In this document: piece after piece, positions 49,783 through 60,587 of the stretch
Layout: each line of letters starts with the position of its first letter
Position numbering within the stretch: the stretch's first letter is position 1
Assembly (NCBI GenBank): GCA_964597675.1
Contig: CAZQYV010000002.1
Location: 7,532 to 71,531, forward strand
Source of the DNA: an uncultured Candidatus Saccharibacteria bacterium
GTDB lineage: Bacteria; Patescibacteriota; Minisyncoccia; Phycocordibacterales; DATDWN01
Reading direction: 5' to 3'
DNA length: 64,000 nt
Made by a program: the position numbers and the translations under genes
The notes under the pieces: model-generated
What the model saw: the letters and a program-made list of their open reading frames with translations, nothing else
Told to the model about the DNA's origin: nothing
Database searches by the model: none

Positions 49783-49966
49783 TTGTGGCGAGAGAGGAAT
49801 CTTGACCATTACATGGTCAGTACACCTTTTCTATTTTTTACTTCGCTCCACTCGTAAAAAATTATCAAAGGTTTTCAAGTCCTCACGAAAGCCGTGTCAA
49901 CGGCTTTCTTCTCGTCCCAAACAAAAAACAGCATAAAGCTGTTTTGTATTTGTGGGCGAGAGAGGA
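49783..49966 (-). repeat. tRNA-3'-anchored structured element (Leu-TAG)
   Basis: GGCGAGAGAGGA repeated at 49787 and 49955; split inverted copy TTCAAGTCCTC...TCTCGTCCCA at 49874-49919. Confidence 0.85.
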
Positions 49967-50034
49967 CTTGAACCTCCACGGATTACTCCACCAGTTCCTA
50001 AGACTGGCGCGTTTACCAATTACGCCACTCGCCC
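49953..50034 (-). tRNA. tRNA-Leu(TAG)
   Basis: GGGCGAG/CTCGCCC, CCAGT-CTTAGGA-ACTGG. Confidence 0.95.
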
Positions 50035-50104
50035 AATACGTACACTCTACTGTATTTTGAGAAAAAAATAAAGAAGGCTGATATATAGCACTATTCCGCT
50101 TGTT

Positions 50105-50260
50105 TTGCAGTATCTTTGTGTCTTGGATATTTCGCTCGTCGTCACTCGCGAAATTCCTCCGACCCAGACCTCGCTGGTTTTGCCTACTGGCAAAACATAG
50201 CTCCGGTCTGCACATGTACGAGAAAGCCCCATGCAGATGGGGCTTTCTCGTACATGTGCA
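50105..50260 (-). repeat. Partial tRNA-anchored element (Lys) with a 24-bp perfect inverted repeat
   Basis: TGCACATGTACGAGAAAGCCCCAT-GCAG-ATGGGGCTTTCTCGTACATGTGCA; minus strand GAGTGACGACGAG and TGCC-AGTA-GGCA. Confidence 0.7.
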
Positions 50261-50329
50261 CCCAGCAGGGATCGAACCTGCGACATTCTCCTTAAGAGGG
50301 AGCTACTCTACCAGCTGAGTTATGGGTGC
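50257..50329 (-). tRNA. tRNA-Lys(CTT)
   Basis: GCACCCA/TGGGTGC, loop CTCTTAA, TTCGATC. Confidence 0.92.
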
Positions 50330-50390
50330 AAACTATTTCAAACAAATTTACAGTAACATAAAATGATATTTTTTAAAAATATAATTTTAT

Positions 50391-50581
50391 TTGTGCCCGA
50401 GGTGGAAATCTTCCGCGATTCAAAACTCGCCGTCGCTCATTTTGGTCGTGTCCGCGACTCGCGACCAGTCGTGCTCGACTGGTACCCGCTCCGTCTTTCG
50501 ATTCCCAACGTAAAGTCGTAACACGACTTTACTCTCGTGCTCAAAAACTATATACATAGTTTTTGTGCCCGGAGTGGGAAT
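50391..50581 (-). repeat. tRNA-3'-anchored structured element (Leu-TAA)
   Basis: TTGTGCCCGAGGTGGAAAT (50391) vs TTGTGCCCGGAGTGGGAAT (50563); inverted TTCGATTCCCA at about 50497. Confidence 0.82.
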
Positions 50582-50647
50582 CGAACCCACATCCCTTGCG
50601 AGACACGATTTTAAGTCGTGCGCGTATACCAATTCCGCCATCCGGGC
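50566..50647 (-). tRNA. tRNA-Leu(TAA)
   Basis: GCCCGGA/TCCGGGC, CACGA-CTTAAAA-TCGTG. Confidence 0.95.
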
Positions 50648-50709
50648 AATATAATTATAAAAAACATTCCGTCGGTTCAATTCCGCTAGAAAAAGCGCTG
50701 CTTTTTCTG

Positions 50710-50781
50710 AGGCCTGGGGCGGAATTGAACCGCCGTATATTCCTTTTGCAGAGGAATGCCTTACCACTTGGCTACCAGGCC
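50710..50781 (-). tRNA. tRNA-Cys(GCA)
   Basis: GGCCTGG/CCAGGCC-T, TTCCT-CTGCAAA-AGGAA; inverted T-arm copy CGGTTCAATTCCGC at 50673-50686. Confidence 0.95.
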
Positions 50782-50785
50782 GTTA

Positions 50786-51109
50786 TTATTCTTGATTCAA
50801 TAAATTATCAATCTTTTGACGATTTTTTTCACCAAGATCAATCTCAAAGTCCATCTGAGGAATTCTACCTAATTTTGAATTATTTTGCACGTAGTGTTTG
50901 AATTCACTTCGCTTTCGTTTTGCAAATTCTAGTGCAGTTTTTTGAAATGTGTCAGGAAAAACTGTAAAGAAAATAGTGGCACGTTTGCCATCTGAAGACA
51001 GCACTGTACTTGTCACTGTGACTAGTGATGAGCCATTATTTTCCATTTCCAAAAACCGCGCTGCTAGGTCGTGTATGATTTCAGTGATTCTTTCTTTTCG
51101 TATACTCAT
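50786..51109 (-). CDS. rbfA: Ribosome-binding factor A
   Basis: R.ERI.E.I, LVTVT...LS.D.K.A, RIP...F..D; follows infB. Confidence 0.88.
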   Translation of the reverse strand: MSIRKERITEIIHDLAARFLEMENNGSSLVTVTSTVLSSDGKRATIFFTVFPDTFQKTALEFAKRKRSEFKHYVQNNSKLGRIPQMDFEIDLGEKNRQKIDNLLNQE

Positions 51110-51110
51110 A

Positions 51111-52607
51111 TTATTTTTCTACAATAATGAAACTTTCAATATAGTCTCCGGGTGCAAGTTCAACTTTGGCTTCAATCATCGCTCCGCATTCCTTGCCCTC
51201 CGCCACCTCGTCACTACGGTTTTTTTGCTGCTGGAGTTCCTTTATTTTTCCTTCACCAATCTCTGCGTCTCGTCGCATTATTGTCACTAGCCCTCCAAGT
51301 TTTATCACACCACTTTCGACGCGTGCGCCAATAATTTGACGGTCTTTGATTTTACTAAATGTCTTTAATATCTTTGCTCGTCCAGTCGATTCTTTGGTTT
51401 GTATTTTAGGTGTTCGGTTTACAAGCACATCTGCTAGCCATTCGCTCAGTTTGTAAATAATATTAAATGTTTGGATCTCGATTTCTTGGCGTTCTGCAAG
51501 ATTGCGAGCTGAACTATCTATCTTTGTGTTGAATCCAATGACGATTGCATTTTTGCTTGCGCAGGCCAACTGAATATCACTGTCAGAGATTGCTCCAATG
51601 CTTGCAGACACCACATCGACACGAACACGATCTGATGTAAGTTTTTTGATCTCGTATAACACTGCCTCCAGACTTCCACCTGCATCAGCTTTTATAATAA
51701 CTGGGACTGCGTATGTGTTTGGATCAAATGTTGCATTTGTTTTTACTGCACGGTGTTCCTTTTCCTCTGTGACATATCCTTCTGCTTCGGTCCTAGTCAC
51801 ATATGTGTGGAAAGGGGACCCAACGATTGGTAAACTGTCCCAACCAATAATACGCACGGGGCTTGATGCACTCATTTCATTCATTTGCGATCCGAGATAG
51901 TTTTCCATGATGCGTACAGGCGCCGTACTTTCTCCAGCCGCAATAAACTCACCTTTTTTAATTGTGCCGTTTTTAATTATACATGTTGCAGTGATACCTT
52001 TTTTGACATCACGATTACTCTCTATTACTACACCACTACCGTGTGCCGTAGTGTCGGTAGTCAATTCTTGCATTTCAGCAACAAGCAGAATCATATCCAA
52101 TAGTTCTGGAATACCTTCACCTGTTTTCGATGAGAGTGAAACAACAGGAATATCCCCGCCATACCCTTCGATGTATATTTCATTTTCTGCTAGAGATTGT
52201 TTTGTGCGCTCGATATTTGCTTCTGGTTTATCAATTTTATTGATAGCAACAATGTAAGGTGTCTTGCTGTCTGTAATCGATTTCAGCGCCTCGATTGTCT
52301 GTGGTTTAACTCCGTCCTCTGCAGAAACGACGAGGATTGCAATATCGGCAACGTTTGCACCACGTCTTCGAATACCAGAAAACGCCTCGTGGCCGGGGGT
52401 GTCGATAAAAGTAATTTTGTGTGTTTTACCGTCGCTACTCTCGTGCTCTACCTCATAGGCAGAGACATGCTGGGTGATACCTCCAGCTTCGTTTAAAGGC
52501 TGGGTGCTTTTTCTAATATAGGCGAGGAGTGTTGATTTGCCATGGTCTATATGTCCCATGATTGCAATGACTGGCGCGCGTTCTGTAGTGTGTGTTTTTT
52601 CTGTCAT
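51111..52607 (-). CDS. infB: Translation initiation factor IF-2 (no N-terminal extension)
   Basis: [38 protein letters not shown]. Confidence 0.97.
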   Translation of the reverse strand: MTEKTHTTERAPVIAIMGHIDHGKSTLLAYIRKSTQPLNEAGGITQHVSAYEVEHESSDGKTHKITFIDTPGHEAFSGIRRRGANVADIAILVVSAEDGVKPQTIEALKSITDSKTPYIVAINKIDKPEANIERTKQSLAENEIYIEGYGGDIPVVSLSSKTGEGIPELLDMILLVAEMQELTTDTTAHGSGVVIESNRDVKKGITATCIIKNGTIKKGEFIAAGESTAPVRIMENYLGSQMNEMSASSPVRIIGWDSLPIVGSPFHTYVTRTEAEGYVTEEKEHRAVKTNATFDPNTYAVPVIIKADAGGSLEAVLYEIKKLTSDRVRVDVVSASIGAISDSDIQLACASKNAIVIGFNTKIDSSARNLAERQEIEIQTFNIIYKLSEWLADVLVNRTPKIQTKESTGRAKILKTFSKIKDRQIIGARVESGVIKLGGLVTIMRRDAEIGEGKIKELQQQKNRSDEVAEGKECGAMIEAKVELAPGDYIESFIIVEK

Positions 52608-52639
52608 GGTGATGTGGGTTATATAGTGCGGGCATGAAA

Positions 52640-53125
52640 TTAATATTCCAAATGTTTTTTTGCTTCTTCAACAATTCCTTTTTCTTCGTCGGTTAGTTCG
52701 TATTCACTTTTAAATGCACCAAGTGGTTTTGCAAACATACTGATGCGATCTCGGGAATATAGACTAGACATGACCAAACCGTCACCATGTTCATCTACAA
52801 GTGTTGTCGAGAAACTTTGGCTCCCTCCGTCTCCTGTTCCTTTAAACGGATTAAAGCGGATAGTTTCAACTGCTTGGATACTGCGTCTCAACCGGAGTTC
52901 AACATTCTTAAAATATGAAATTGAATCCTTTTTAAATGTATCAAGTTCCTCCAATTTTGTATGTGCTTCTACTATCGAATCTTCCAGTGATCGAGCATTT
53001 TTTCCGATGAGCAGACGGTGTATTTTTATTTCAAGTCGTATAATCCATCCAATAAGCACCACAATAATGCCAATACCAGCATATGTTGCGATGAGTGGAT
53101 CTATAATCATTTCGTCATTATACAT
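52640..53125 (-). CDS. DUF4446-like membrane protein
   Basis: TM + RFNPF...GG.QSFS..L.D..G.G.V.SSLYSRD...FAKP. Confidence 0.85.
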   Translation of the reverse strand: MYNDEMIIDPLIATYAGIGIIVVLIGWIIRLEIKIHRLLIGKNARSLEDSIVEAHTKLEELDTFKKDSISYFKNVELRLRRSIQAVETIRFNPFKGTGDGGSQSFSTTLVDEHGDGLVMSSLYSRDRISMFAKPLGAFKSEYELTDEEKGIVEEAKKHLEY

Positions 53126-53173
53126 AAAAATTTATCTTTTGCAAAATATATTGTGCAGTGTATAGTGTATAAT

Positions 53174-54340
53174 ATGTCATCATCTCATGAACGAATATTT
53201 CTCGACTACGCGTCACAGACACCGATTGATCCAAACGTACTCGAAAAAATGAATGCTTATGCATTGAGCAACTACGCAAATCCGTCTGCTCTGTATAGCG
53301 AGGCACTAGGGGCAAAAGAAGCCATGACTATTGCTCGTGGAGATTGTGCGCGGGTACTGGGCTGCCAGTCGAGTGAAATTATTTTTACGTCTGGTGGAAC
53401 AGAATCAAATAATCTTGCATTGTATGGTATCTGTCGTGCATATCAAAAAAAAGGCAAGACTCCCCATATTATTACATCCACGATCGAGCATTCATCTGTG
53501 CTAGAGGTGTGCAAGGATCTTGATGGATTAGGTGTATCTGTCACATATATTCCTGTCTCTACAGACGGTGTTATTTCTGTGACTGATATTGAAAAAGCAC
53601 TGACTCCGGACACAGTACTTGTCACTATCATGTCTGCTAATAATGAAATAGGTACGATACAGCCAATTCGTGAGATTGTACGTATGGTCAAGGCATATCG
53701 AGAAAAAAATAATACAGATTTTCCGTATGTGCATACAGATGCCTGTCAGAGTGCTCTTTATATGTCGCTCGATATGAATTCACTCGGTGTGGATCTCCTG
53801 ACTCTTGATGGCATAAAAATGTATGGCCCACGTGGTATGGGACTTTTGTATGTACGAAAAGGCGTTGATCTGGAACCCTTAGTCCAAGGTGGTGGACAAG
53901 AGGGTGGTCTACGGAGCGGTACAGAAAACGTCTCTGGAATGATTGGTCTTGCATATGCACTTGATATCGCTGATTCATATCGAGATATGGAAACAGAGAG
54001 ACTAATAGTACTTCGTGACTACGCAATTTCTGAAATACAAAAACAATTTCCAAATGCAACGCTCAATGGCTCACCGACTGATCGTTTACCAAACAATATT
54101 AATATTTGTTTTCCAGATCTCGATGCTGAATTTGCGGTGATTTCTCTTGATGTGCAGGGGATTGCGGTGTCGTATTCATCGGCATGTAGGACGCTCAAAG
54201 AAGATTCATCATCATATGTAATAGAGGCACTTGGTAAACAGGAATGTGCTTCATCGAGTCTGCGCATCACAATGGGTCGCGAAACAACTCGTGAACACAT
54301 AAACCGCCTAGTGCAAGCGCTCCAAAAAGTGGTGGCATAA
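53174..54340 (+). CDS. iscS: Cysteine desulfurase (IscS/NifS family)
   Basis: FLDYASQTP, FTSGGTESNN, HTDACQ, K.YGP.G.G, RSGTEN, SAC; start reassigned to ATG 53174. Confidence 0.92.
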   Translation: MSSSHERIFLDYASQTPIDPNVLEKMNAYALSNYANPSALYSEALGAKEAMTIARGDCARVLGCQSSEIIFTSGGTESNNLALYGICRAYQKKGKTPHIITSTIEHSSVLEVCKDLDGLGVSVTYIPVSTDGVISVTDIEKALTPDTVLVTIMSANNEIGTIQPIREIVRMVKAYREKNNTDFPYVHTDACQSALYMSLDMNSLGVDLLTLDGIKMYGPRGMGLLYVRKGVDLEPLVQGGGQEGGLRSGTENVSGMIGLAYALDIADSYRDMETERLIVLRDYAISEIQKQFPNATLNGSPTDRLPNNINICFPDLDAEFAVISLDVQGIAVSYSSACRTLKEDSSSYVIEALGKQECASSSLRITMGRETTREHINRLVQALQKVVA

Positions 54341-54361
54341 AAAAAGAGGGGGTGAAGTTCA

Positions 54362-54511
54362 TCACTTCTCCCCCTTTTTCGTTCGGAGGATCTTTTTCAC
54401 CTTTTGGCGAAACTCATCCTCCTTCTCTTTGGCGACCTTGGCCGCTTGTACTGGGTCGGTTGGAGTGGTTTTTGCACCCAATCGCACTCCAGTAAAATTT
54501 TTGGTATTCAT
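54362..54511 (-). CDS. Unannotated 49-aa basic protein
   Basis: AAGGA SD then MNTKNFTGVRLGAKTTPTDPVQAAKVAKEKEDEFRQKVKKILRTKKGEK*. Confidence 0.5.
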   Translation of the reverse strand: MNTKNFTGVRLGAKTTPTDPVQAAKVAKEKEDEFRQKVKKILRTKKGEK

Positions 54512-54550
54512 AACGTTCCTTTTATATTAAATCATTAATTGAAATAAATG

Positions 54551-55690
54551 TCAATTGATTGTATCATACTTTATAATTTTACTCTTATTGGTATCACTTT
54601 GCTTTGACACAAGTGTTATTCGTTTAATCTCATTTTTTCCGACTGCAATCACTGAATCAATATTGTGAATAAAGGATAAATTACGTGGCAATCTTGTTTT
54701 AGTGACTAGTTTTGTTTCTGTTTCTCGTAATTTTGAAATAATCATTTCAGCATCTTCATTCCCAACATATCCTTCAGATATACCGATGTTTATCTCTTCC
54801 TCAAGGATTTTGAGATATTTCTTTAATAGCCATGCCTTTTGTTTATTATTCAAATCATCCAATCCAAGCCGACTTAAAAACAAATCAGGATTAAATCCTG
54901 CAGGATCGGTACACAGATCTTCCAGCACTTCGAGTACCTCGCTGATATTTCCAGTCATGTGCTCAATTGGTATTCCCTCCGCTAGTCCATATAGATATTC
55001 ACTTTCAAGATCCTCTATACCCATAACAGCAGAATCAATCCATTCTCGATGAGTTTTCGTAATTTCTTCCTGCTCATATTCTGGTGGTATGCTTGATTTA
55101 ATCTGAATGAGACTCATGGTTTCAATTGATTCATCCTCACCGTATATCATCTCAACCAGATCAATCTTGTAGTGTGCATCTAGCCCAGTTTCAAAATAAA
55201 AATCATAGGATTGTGCTGGTGACAGGTTTAAAATTGCTTTTCTGCCACGTATGAAATTCACAACACTTTTAATTCCGTTTGATCTAATGTCAATTTCACC
55301 ACGAGTTATTTTTTCAAATTGTTTTGGGGTGACATCAATTGCACCTCTCCTACTCATAATATATTTTTTGAAACCAGTATTAAACTGTCTCACGATACTA
55401 TCTATTTCATCATCAGATAAATTTTCAGCGTATTCAACAAATAGATTCTCGATATGAGCGAAACCACTCACATTACCATTTTCCTTTTTTTTCAGGGCAA
55501 TGAGTAGATTTTCATACATTGCGGCATTTCCCACAAGCTCATTTTGTGCCTCAGCAAGTGCTTCATTTCGGTTTATCTTGTCATGTGGTTTTGACACATC
55601 GAGCATATCAAGTCTTCTTTCACTATGATCTGGAATATTCTGTGCATTTGGCTTTGATTCGATGGTATATATGTGTGGAGGTCTTTCCAT
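54551..55690 (-). CDS. Hypothetical acidic protein with possible PD-(D/E)XK-like motif
   Basis: LD..YKIDLV...LIQIKSS; start reassigned to ATG 55690 behind TATAAT-N7. Confidence 0.7.
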   Translation of the reverse strand: MERPPHIYTIESKPNAQNIPDHSERRLDMLDVSKPHDKINRNEALAEAQNELVGNAAMYENLLIALKKKENGNVSGFAHIENLFVEYAENLSDDEIDSIVRQFNTGFKKYIMSRRGAIDVTPKQFEKITRGEIDIRSNGIKSVVNFIRGRKAILNLSPAQSYDFYFETGLDAHYKIDLVEMIYGEDESIETMSLIQIKSSIPPEYEQEEITKTHREWIDSAVMGIEDLESEYLYGLAEGIPIEHMTGNISEVLEVLEDLCTDPAGFNPDLFLSRLGLDDLNNKQKAWLLKKYLKILEEEINIGISEGYVGNEDAEMIISKLRETETKLVTKTRLPRNLSFIHNIDSVIAVGKNEIKRITLVSKQSDTNKSKIIKYDTIN

Positions 55691-55756
55691 AATTTGTATT
55701 ATATAAAATATAACAGGATATTTACTCTCTAATCTGATGGTGATATTATACAGTGT

Positions 55757-56575
55757 ATGGAGGACCTCAACAAGAACCAAATTATATTACTGACATTATT
55801 GGTTAGTTTTGTTACATCTATTGCCACAGGCATCATGACAGTCTCTTTGCTCCAGCAGGCACCTATCGAGGTGACTCGAAACATAAATCGTGTTGTGGAA
55901 AAGACAATTGAAAAAGTCACTCCAGCAGATATTTTGGGTCCAAAAAATACAGAAGTTACGACGGTAGTGGTCAAGGAAGAGGATTTGGTTATTGATGCCA
56001 TAAACAAAAATGTTAAAAGTATTGTACGTATAAAGGAACGTGATGGATTAGGTGAAACTACATTTTATGGAATGGGACTTGTCGTTTCAAAAGATGGCTT
56101 GGTAATTGCCGACCGGCAGACAATTCATACAGACAGTGCTTACTTTGTTGTTATAGATGGAGTTGATGTTTATATCAATCCAGTCGGAGTGGACAAAAAA
56201 ACAGATTTCCTTTTGTTTAAGGCAGCACCTGCAAAAGATAAAAAATTTGATTTTGTTCCGGCTACTTTTGCTGGAGTGGATCCAAAATTAGGTCAGTCTG
56301 TCGTGGCACTTGGTGGCGATGCTTCCAACGCAGTGGCGGTCGGGCGAGTCATTTCATTTTCTATGCGAGAGTCTGGTACTGGATCAACTACAGTAAAATA
56401 TGTATCAGGCATTGATACCGATATTGTCAGTCGTGATTTGGTAGCAGGTAGCCCTATTTTTACATTAGCAGGGGATATTGTTGGCATGCACACATCAGGT
56501 GGGTCTGGGAAAATATTCACATCATCCCAGCTTCTAAAGAAGGATTTAGCGACTCTTTCAGAGCTCATTAAATAG
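55757..56575 (+). CDS. Trypsin-like (HtrA-related) membrane protein, catalytic residues apparently lost
   Basis: SIVRI, GMG.VVSKDG.VI, KLGQSVVALG, V..G.V, AGSPIF...GD.VGM. Confidence 0.8.
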   Translation: MEDLNKNQIILLTLLVSFVTSIATGIMTVSLLQQAPIEVTRNINRVVEKTIEKVTPADILGPKNTEVTTVVVKEEDLVIDAINKNVKSIVRIKERDGLGETTFYGMGLVVSKDGLVIADRQTIHTDSAYFVVIDGVDVYINPVGVDKKTDFLLFKAAPAKDKKFDFVPATFAGVDPKLGQSVVALGGDASNAVAVGRVISFSMRESGTGSTTVKYVSGIDTDIVSRDLVAGSPIFTLAGDIVGMHTSGGSGKIFTSSQLLKKDLATLSELIK

Positions 56576-56657
56576 TATTTTGTAGATAATAATGGTACTT
56601 TTACACATTGACTTTTGTGTTTTTTACCTATATAGTTAACATGTAAACTATCATCAT

Positions 56658-59333
56658 ATGCCACCATTTAATCAATTCACAACAAAAGCAAAAGAAGCAA
56701 TACGTAAGGCCCATGAGTTGGCAATAGAACGTGGTCAAAACCACGTTAATCCATTGCATCTTTTGGCCGCTTTAGTATTACAGGAAGACAGCATTGTGCC
56801 ATCTATTCTCGATCGACTGGAAATAGACACCATACTTTTGACTGATTCACTGCTCGATGCAATCGAAGGCAATGAGAGCGGGCAGACATTGTCTGCGTCA
56901 TATCAGATATATCTAACACCAGAATTAGCACAGACCATCGAGGCGTCCACCAAGGAGGCAACTGCTCTCGGAGATGAATTCGTCTCCACAGAACATTTGT
57001 TTATCGCAACAGTTGAAACACCCAGTCCAGCGCGTGATGTATTGATGAAATTTAAAATTGATAAAGCATCTATTTTGCAGGTTCTAGAGGAAATCAAAAG
57101 TAAAAAAATAACAGAGACAGACACACCGAAAAAATTTAAGGCACTTTCAAAATATACACGAAATCTAACCAAACTTGCACAGCAGAACAAACTCGATCCA
57201 GTGATCGGCCGTGATAGTGAAATATCTCGTATCATTCAGATTCTTTCTCGACGAACAAAAAACAATCCGATTTTGATTGGTGAAGCAGGGGTGGGTAAAA
57301 CTGCAATTGTTGAAGGTCTTGCAATCCGTATGTCACTTGGTGAAGTGCCAGAGTCCCTGAAAGACAAGGAGCTCGTTTCACTTGATTTGGGACTTTTGAT
57401 TGCCGGCACAAAATACCGTGGTGAATTCGAGGAGCGATTGAAAAATATTTTAAAAGAAATCGAAAAGGCAGACGGGAAGATTGTTCTCTTTGTCGATGAG
57501 ATTCACACTATTGTCGGTGCAGGTTCTGCCGAAGGTTCCCTAGATGCGTCAAACATGTTGAAACCCGCGCTTGCTCGTGGCGAGTTGCGTGCAATCGGTG
57601 CAACAACACTGAAGGAATATCAAAAATACATCGAAAAAGATCCAGCATTGACCCGACGTTTTCAGCCGGTGTATATCAATGAGCCGAATAACGAGGACGC
57701 GATTACCATTCTCCGTGGCCTGAAAGAAAAATATGAGTTATATCACGGTGTTCGAATTACAGACGAAGCCATTGTTGCTGCCGTCAATTTGTCTAGCCGG
57801 TATATTACTGATCGATTTTTGCCAGACAAGGCAGTAGACCTTATCGATGAATCTGCATCGTTTCTCAAGATTGCACTAGAAAACATGCCACCAGCGTTAC
57901 AAGAGACTCACTCAAAGGTGGTAAAGCTCGAGATTGAGCGCGAGGCGCTAAAAAAAGAGACAGATCCAAAATCAAAGAGCCGAGTCAAAGAGATTGAAAA
58001 GGCCATCGCTGACCTCAAAGAACAAACTTCTGAAATTGAGTTGAAGTGGAATAATGAAAAGGAAACTGTAGGGGACATCAAGACAATCAAGAAACAACTT
58101 GAGGAGTTTCGACGTGAGGCAGAGACTGCCGAGGCACGTGCCGATTTGTCGCGTGCAGCAGAGATTAGATATGGAACACTTCCTGCTCTTGAAAAAGATT
58201 TGGATACCAAGGTAAAGCGTCTGAAAAAATTACAAAGTTCTCGGAGGATTCTAAAAGAGGAAATTACAGAAAATGATATTGCCATGATTGTTTCCAAATG
58301 GACTGGTATTCCTGTCTCTCGTATGCTGGAAGAAGAGGCAGACAAGCTCCATCGTATGGAAGAGGTTTTGCATGGTCGTATTGTCGGACAAATAGAGGCA
58401 GTCAAAAAAATATCTGATACAGTCAAGCGCTCTCGTGCAGGTATTGCGGACCCAAACCGACCAATCGGATCTTTTCTCTTTCTCGGTCCTACTGGTGTTG
58501 GTAAAACAGAATTAACAAAAGCACTTGCACAATTCCTCTTTGATGATGACAAGGCACTGATTCGTGTCGACATGTCTGAGTTTATGGAAAAGCACAGTGT
58601 TTCCAAATTGATCGGTGCGCCAGCTGGATATGTTGGGTATGAAGAAGGAGGAAACTTGACCGAAATGGTTCGCCACCGTCCTTATTCCGTCGTCCTTTTC
58701 GATGAAATCGAAAAAGCACACCCAGAAGTGTTCAATATCTTGTTACAAGTATTGGACAATGGACGTCTGACGGATGCCAAGGGACGCGTGGTCAATTTCC
58801 GAAATACAGTTATTATTTTGACATCAAATATCGGCGCACAATACATTGATCGTATGGAAAAAATTGGTTTCGCACATGATAAAACTGAACAATCAAATTA
58901 CAATGACGCAAAGGCAAAAGTGATGGATGCACTGAAGGATCATTTTCGTCCAGAGTTTCTCAATCGTTTGGATGATATTATTGTTTTCGACATTTTGAGT
59001 CGAGAAGCCATTGTTGAAATTGTTAAAATTCAAGTCGCTATTGTGGTTGACCGATTGGCCCAAAAAGATATTACTCTTGAATTAACTCCTGCTGTTTTTG
59101 ATACTCTTGCACAAGAGGGTTACAACCCACAATATGGTGCACGACCACTGAAGCGTCTAATACAAAATAAAATATTAACACCGATTGCATCTCTCATTGT
59201 CAGCAAGGGGATTGTTAAGGGTGGCTCAATTGTTGTTGATTTCAAAGCAGGGGAATACGTACTTTCTGTTAAAAAAGGTAGACGTGGGTCACTAGTCAGT
59301 GAAAGTATCATCTCTCCTAAAGCAATGAAATAA
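56658..59333 (+). CDS. clpB: ATP-dependent chaperone ClpB
   Basis: Two AAA+ modules ([16 protein letters not shown]), long middle coiled coil (AAEIRYG), GARPL. Confidence 0.95.
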   Translation: MPPFNQFTTKAKEAIRKAHELAIERGQNHVNPLHLLAALVLQEDSIVPSILDRLEIDTILLTDSLLDAIEGNESGQTLSASYQIYLTPELAQTIEASTKEATALGDEFVSTEHLFIATVETPSPARDVLMKFKIDKASILQVLEEIKSKKITETDTPKKFKALSKYTRNLTKLAQQNKLDPVIGRDSEISRIIQILSRRTKNNPILIGEAGVGKTAIVEGLAIRMSLGEVPESLKDKELVSLDLGLLIAGTKYRGEFEERLKNILKEIEKADGKIVLFVDEIHTIVGAGSAEGSLDASNMLKPALARGELRAIGATTLKEYQKYIEKDPALTRRFQPVYINEPNNEDAITILRGLKEKYELYHGVRITDEAIVAAVNLSSRYITDRFLPDKAVDLIDESASFLKIALENMPPALQETHSKVVKLEIEREALKKETDPKSKSRVKEIEKAIADLKEQTSEIELKWNNEKETVGDIKTIKKQLEEFRREAETAEARADLSRAAEIRYGTLPALEKDLDTKVKRLKKLQSSRRILKEEITENDIAMIVSKWTGIPVSRMLEEEADKLHRMEEVLHGRIVGQIEAVKKISDTVKRSRAGIADPNRPIGSFLFLGPTGVGKTELTKALAQFLFDDDKALIRVDMSEFMEKHSVSKLIGAPAGYVGYEEGGNLTEMVRHRPYSVVLFDEIEKAHPEVFNILLQVLDNGRLTDAKGRVVNFRNTVIILTSNIGAQYIDRMEKIGFAHDKTEQSNYNDAKAKVMDALKDHFRPEFLNRLDDIIVFDILSREAIVEIVKIQVAIVVDRLAQKDITLELTPAVFDTLAQEGYNPQYGARPLKRLIQNKILTPIASLIVSKGIVKGGSIVVDFKAGEYVLSVKKGRRGSLVSESIISPKAMK

Positions 59334-59385
59334 ATTTGAAAGAAAGTTGTATTAGATATAAAAATCTGATATTCTTTCTCTGAAT

Positions 59386-59467
59386 GCGTGGATCGTATAG
59401 TGGCAATTACTCGAGACTGTAAATCTCGCGGCTTCGGCCTTCGGGGGTTCGAGTCCCTCTCCACGCA
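59386..59467 (+). tRNA. tRNA-Tyr(GTA)
   Basis: GCGTGGA/TCCACGC, CGAGA-CTGTAAA-TCTCG, variable arm. Confidence 0.93.
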
Positions 59468-59648
59468 CAAATTAAAAATACCCTTTTGGGTATTTTTAAT
59501 TTGTGGTGAGAGAAAGCCATATTATGGCTTTCGTAGGGACTCAAAACCTTTGATAGTTTTTTGTGATCCTGAGCTCGTCGAAGGAGATATAAAAAACAGA
59601 AAAGGTCTACTGATCCTGTAAGGATCGAATGTCCCTCTCCACGCACAA
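59453..59648 (+). repeat. tRNA-3'-anchored structured element (Tyr)
   Basis: 18-bp direct repeat GTCCCTCTCCACGCACAA at 59453 and 59631; split antisense GTGGTGAGA...AGGGACTC. Confidence 0.88.
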
Positions 59649-59708
59649 TCACCCTCTTATTATCCACAATAAGATATTTATATTGTCTACATATGATATT
59701 ATATGTGT

Positions 59709-60011
59709 ATGTCAGTTGAATTTGAAGAGCAAAAATGGTCACATCAGGGCTCATACCAACCAGGTACTGATCCTTCCAGTAGTATTGATAGCTATTTAGT
59801 ATCGTTGGGTATTGCAAAAAATAGTACTCAATCAAAATATATCTTGATTGTGAGCGCCACTATTATTACTGTTATATTTTTTATATTTATCTCCTCCTTT
59901 CTTTTAGATATGTCTGCTCGTAAGCCAAAATCGAATATAGTGGTGCCACAGGGAAATAAACTGATCAATATAAAAGGTGCGCCACCAAAATTGGAATCCC
60001 CCGTAAACTAA
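59709..60011 (+). CDS. Membrane hypothetical protein
   Basis: MSVEFEE, L...GIAK....S.YIL + TM. Confidence 0.7.
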   Translation: MSVEFEEQKWSHQGSYQPGTDPSSSIDSYLVSLGIAKNSTQSKYILIVSATIITVIFFIFISSFLLDMSARKPKSNIVVPQGNKLINIKGAPPKLESPVN

Positions 60012-60018
60012 AAATAAA

Positions 60019-60528
60019 ATGCATAGATTAAATAGAGGGTTTACATTGATCGAGCTTCTTGTTGTTATATCAATAATTTCACTTTTATCTTCAGTTGTAC
60101 TGTCTAGTGTCAATGCTGCAAAAATAAAAGCTCGTGATACATTACGAAAACAACAAATGGTCCAACTTCGGACTGCGCTTGAAATGTATTATGGTGATAA
60201 TGCATCATACCCTTTGCCATATGGTGGTGCCTGGGCAGGGTATGCAGGGACCGGTTGTAATGGAGTGCAAGGCGGTATTACAGGTGCAACTGGATACATA
60301 ATTAACCTCGCACCGACGTATATCGGAACCCTCCCGATCGATCCTAGTAGGGGTACTGCCTGGTGTACTGGATATGTGTATTACTCTGATGGTGCCAATT
60401 ATAAACTTGTCTCACATATAGTCTACGAGGGCACATATCCAACTGTCGGGCAACCTTTTTATGACCCTGCACGGCCAACATGGGGGCTTATGGTTTGTAG
60501 TGGTGAGCCGGCATGTACTAATTGGTGA
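60019..60528 (+). CDS. Type IV pilin / GspG-like pseudopilin
   Basis: RGFTLIELLVVISII, KARD..R, ALEMYY.DN..YP, LP.DP. Confidence 0.92.
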   Translation: MHRLNRGFTLIELLVVISIISLLSSVVLSSVNAAKIKARDTLRKQQMVQLRTALEMYYGDNASYPLPYGGAWAGYAGTGCNGVQGGITGATGYIINLAPTYIGTLPIDPSRGTAWCTGYVYYSDGANYKLVSHIVYEGTYPTVGQPFYDPARPTWGLMVCSGEPACTNW

Positions 60529-60587
60529 GCTGGTTGCATAAAGTCGCTTTCTTTGGTATGATGGTCAGTACATAATTTAAAATACGT

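Noticed and set aside
57908-58606. Long antisense ORFs within clpB, ftsZ, rpsA and similar genes
   Set aside because: Typical reverse-frame shadows of conserved genes.
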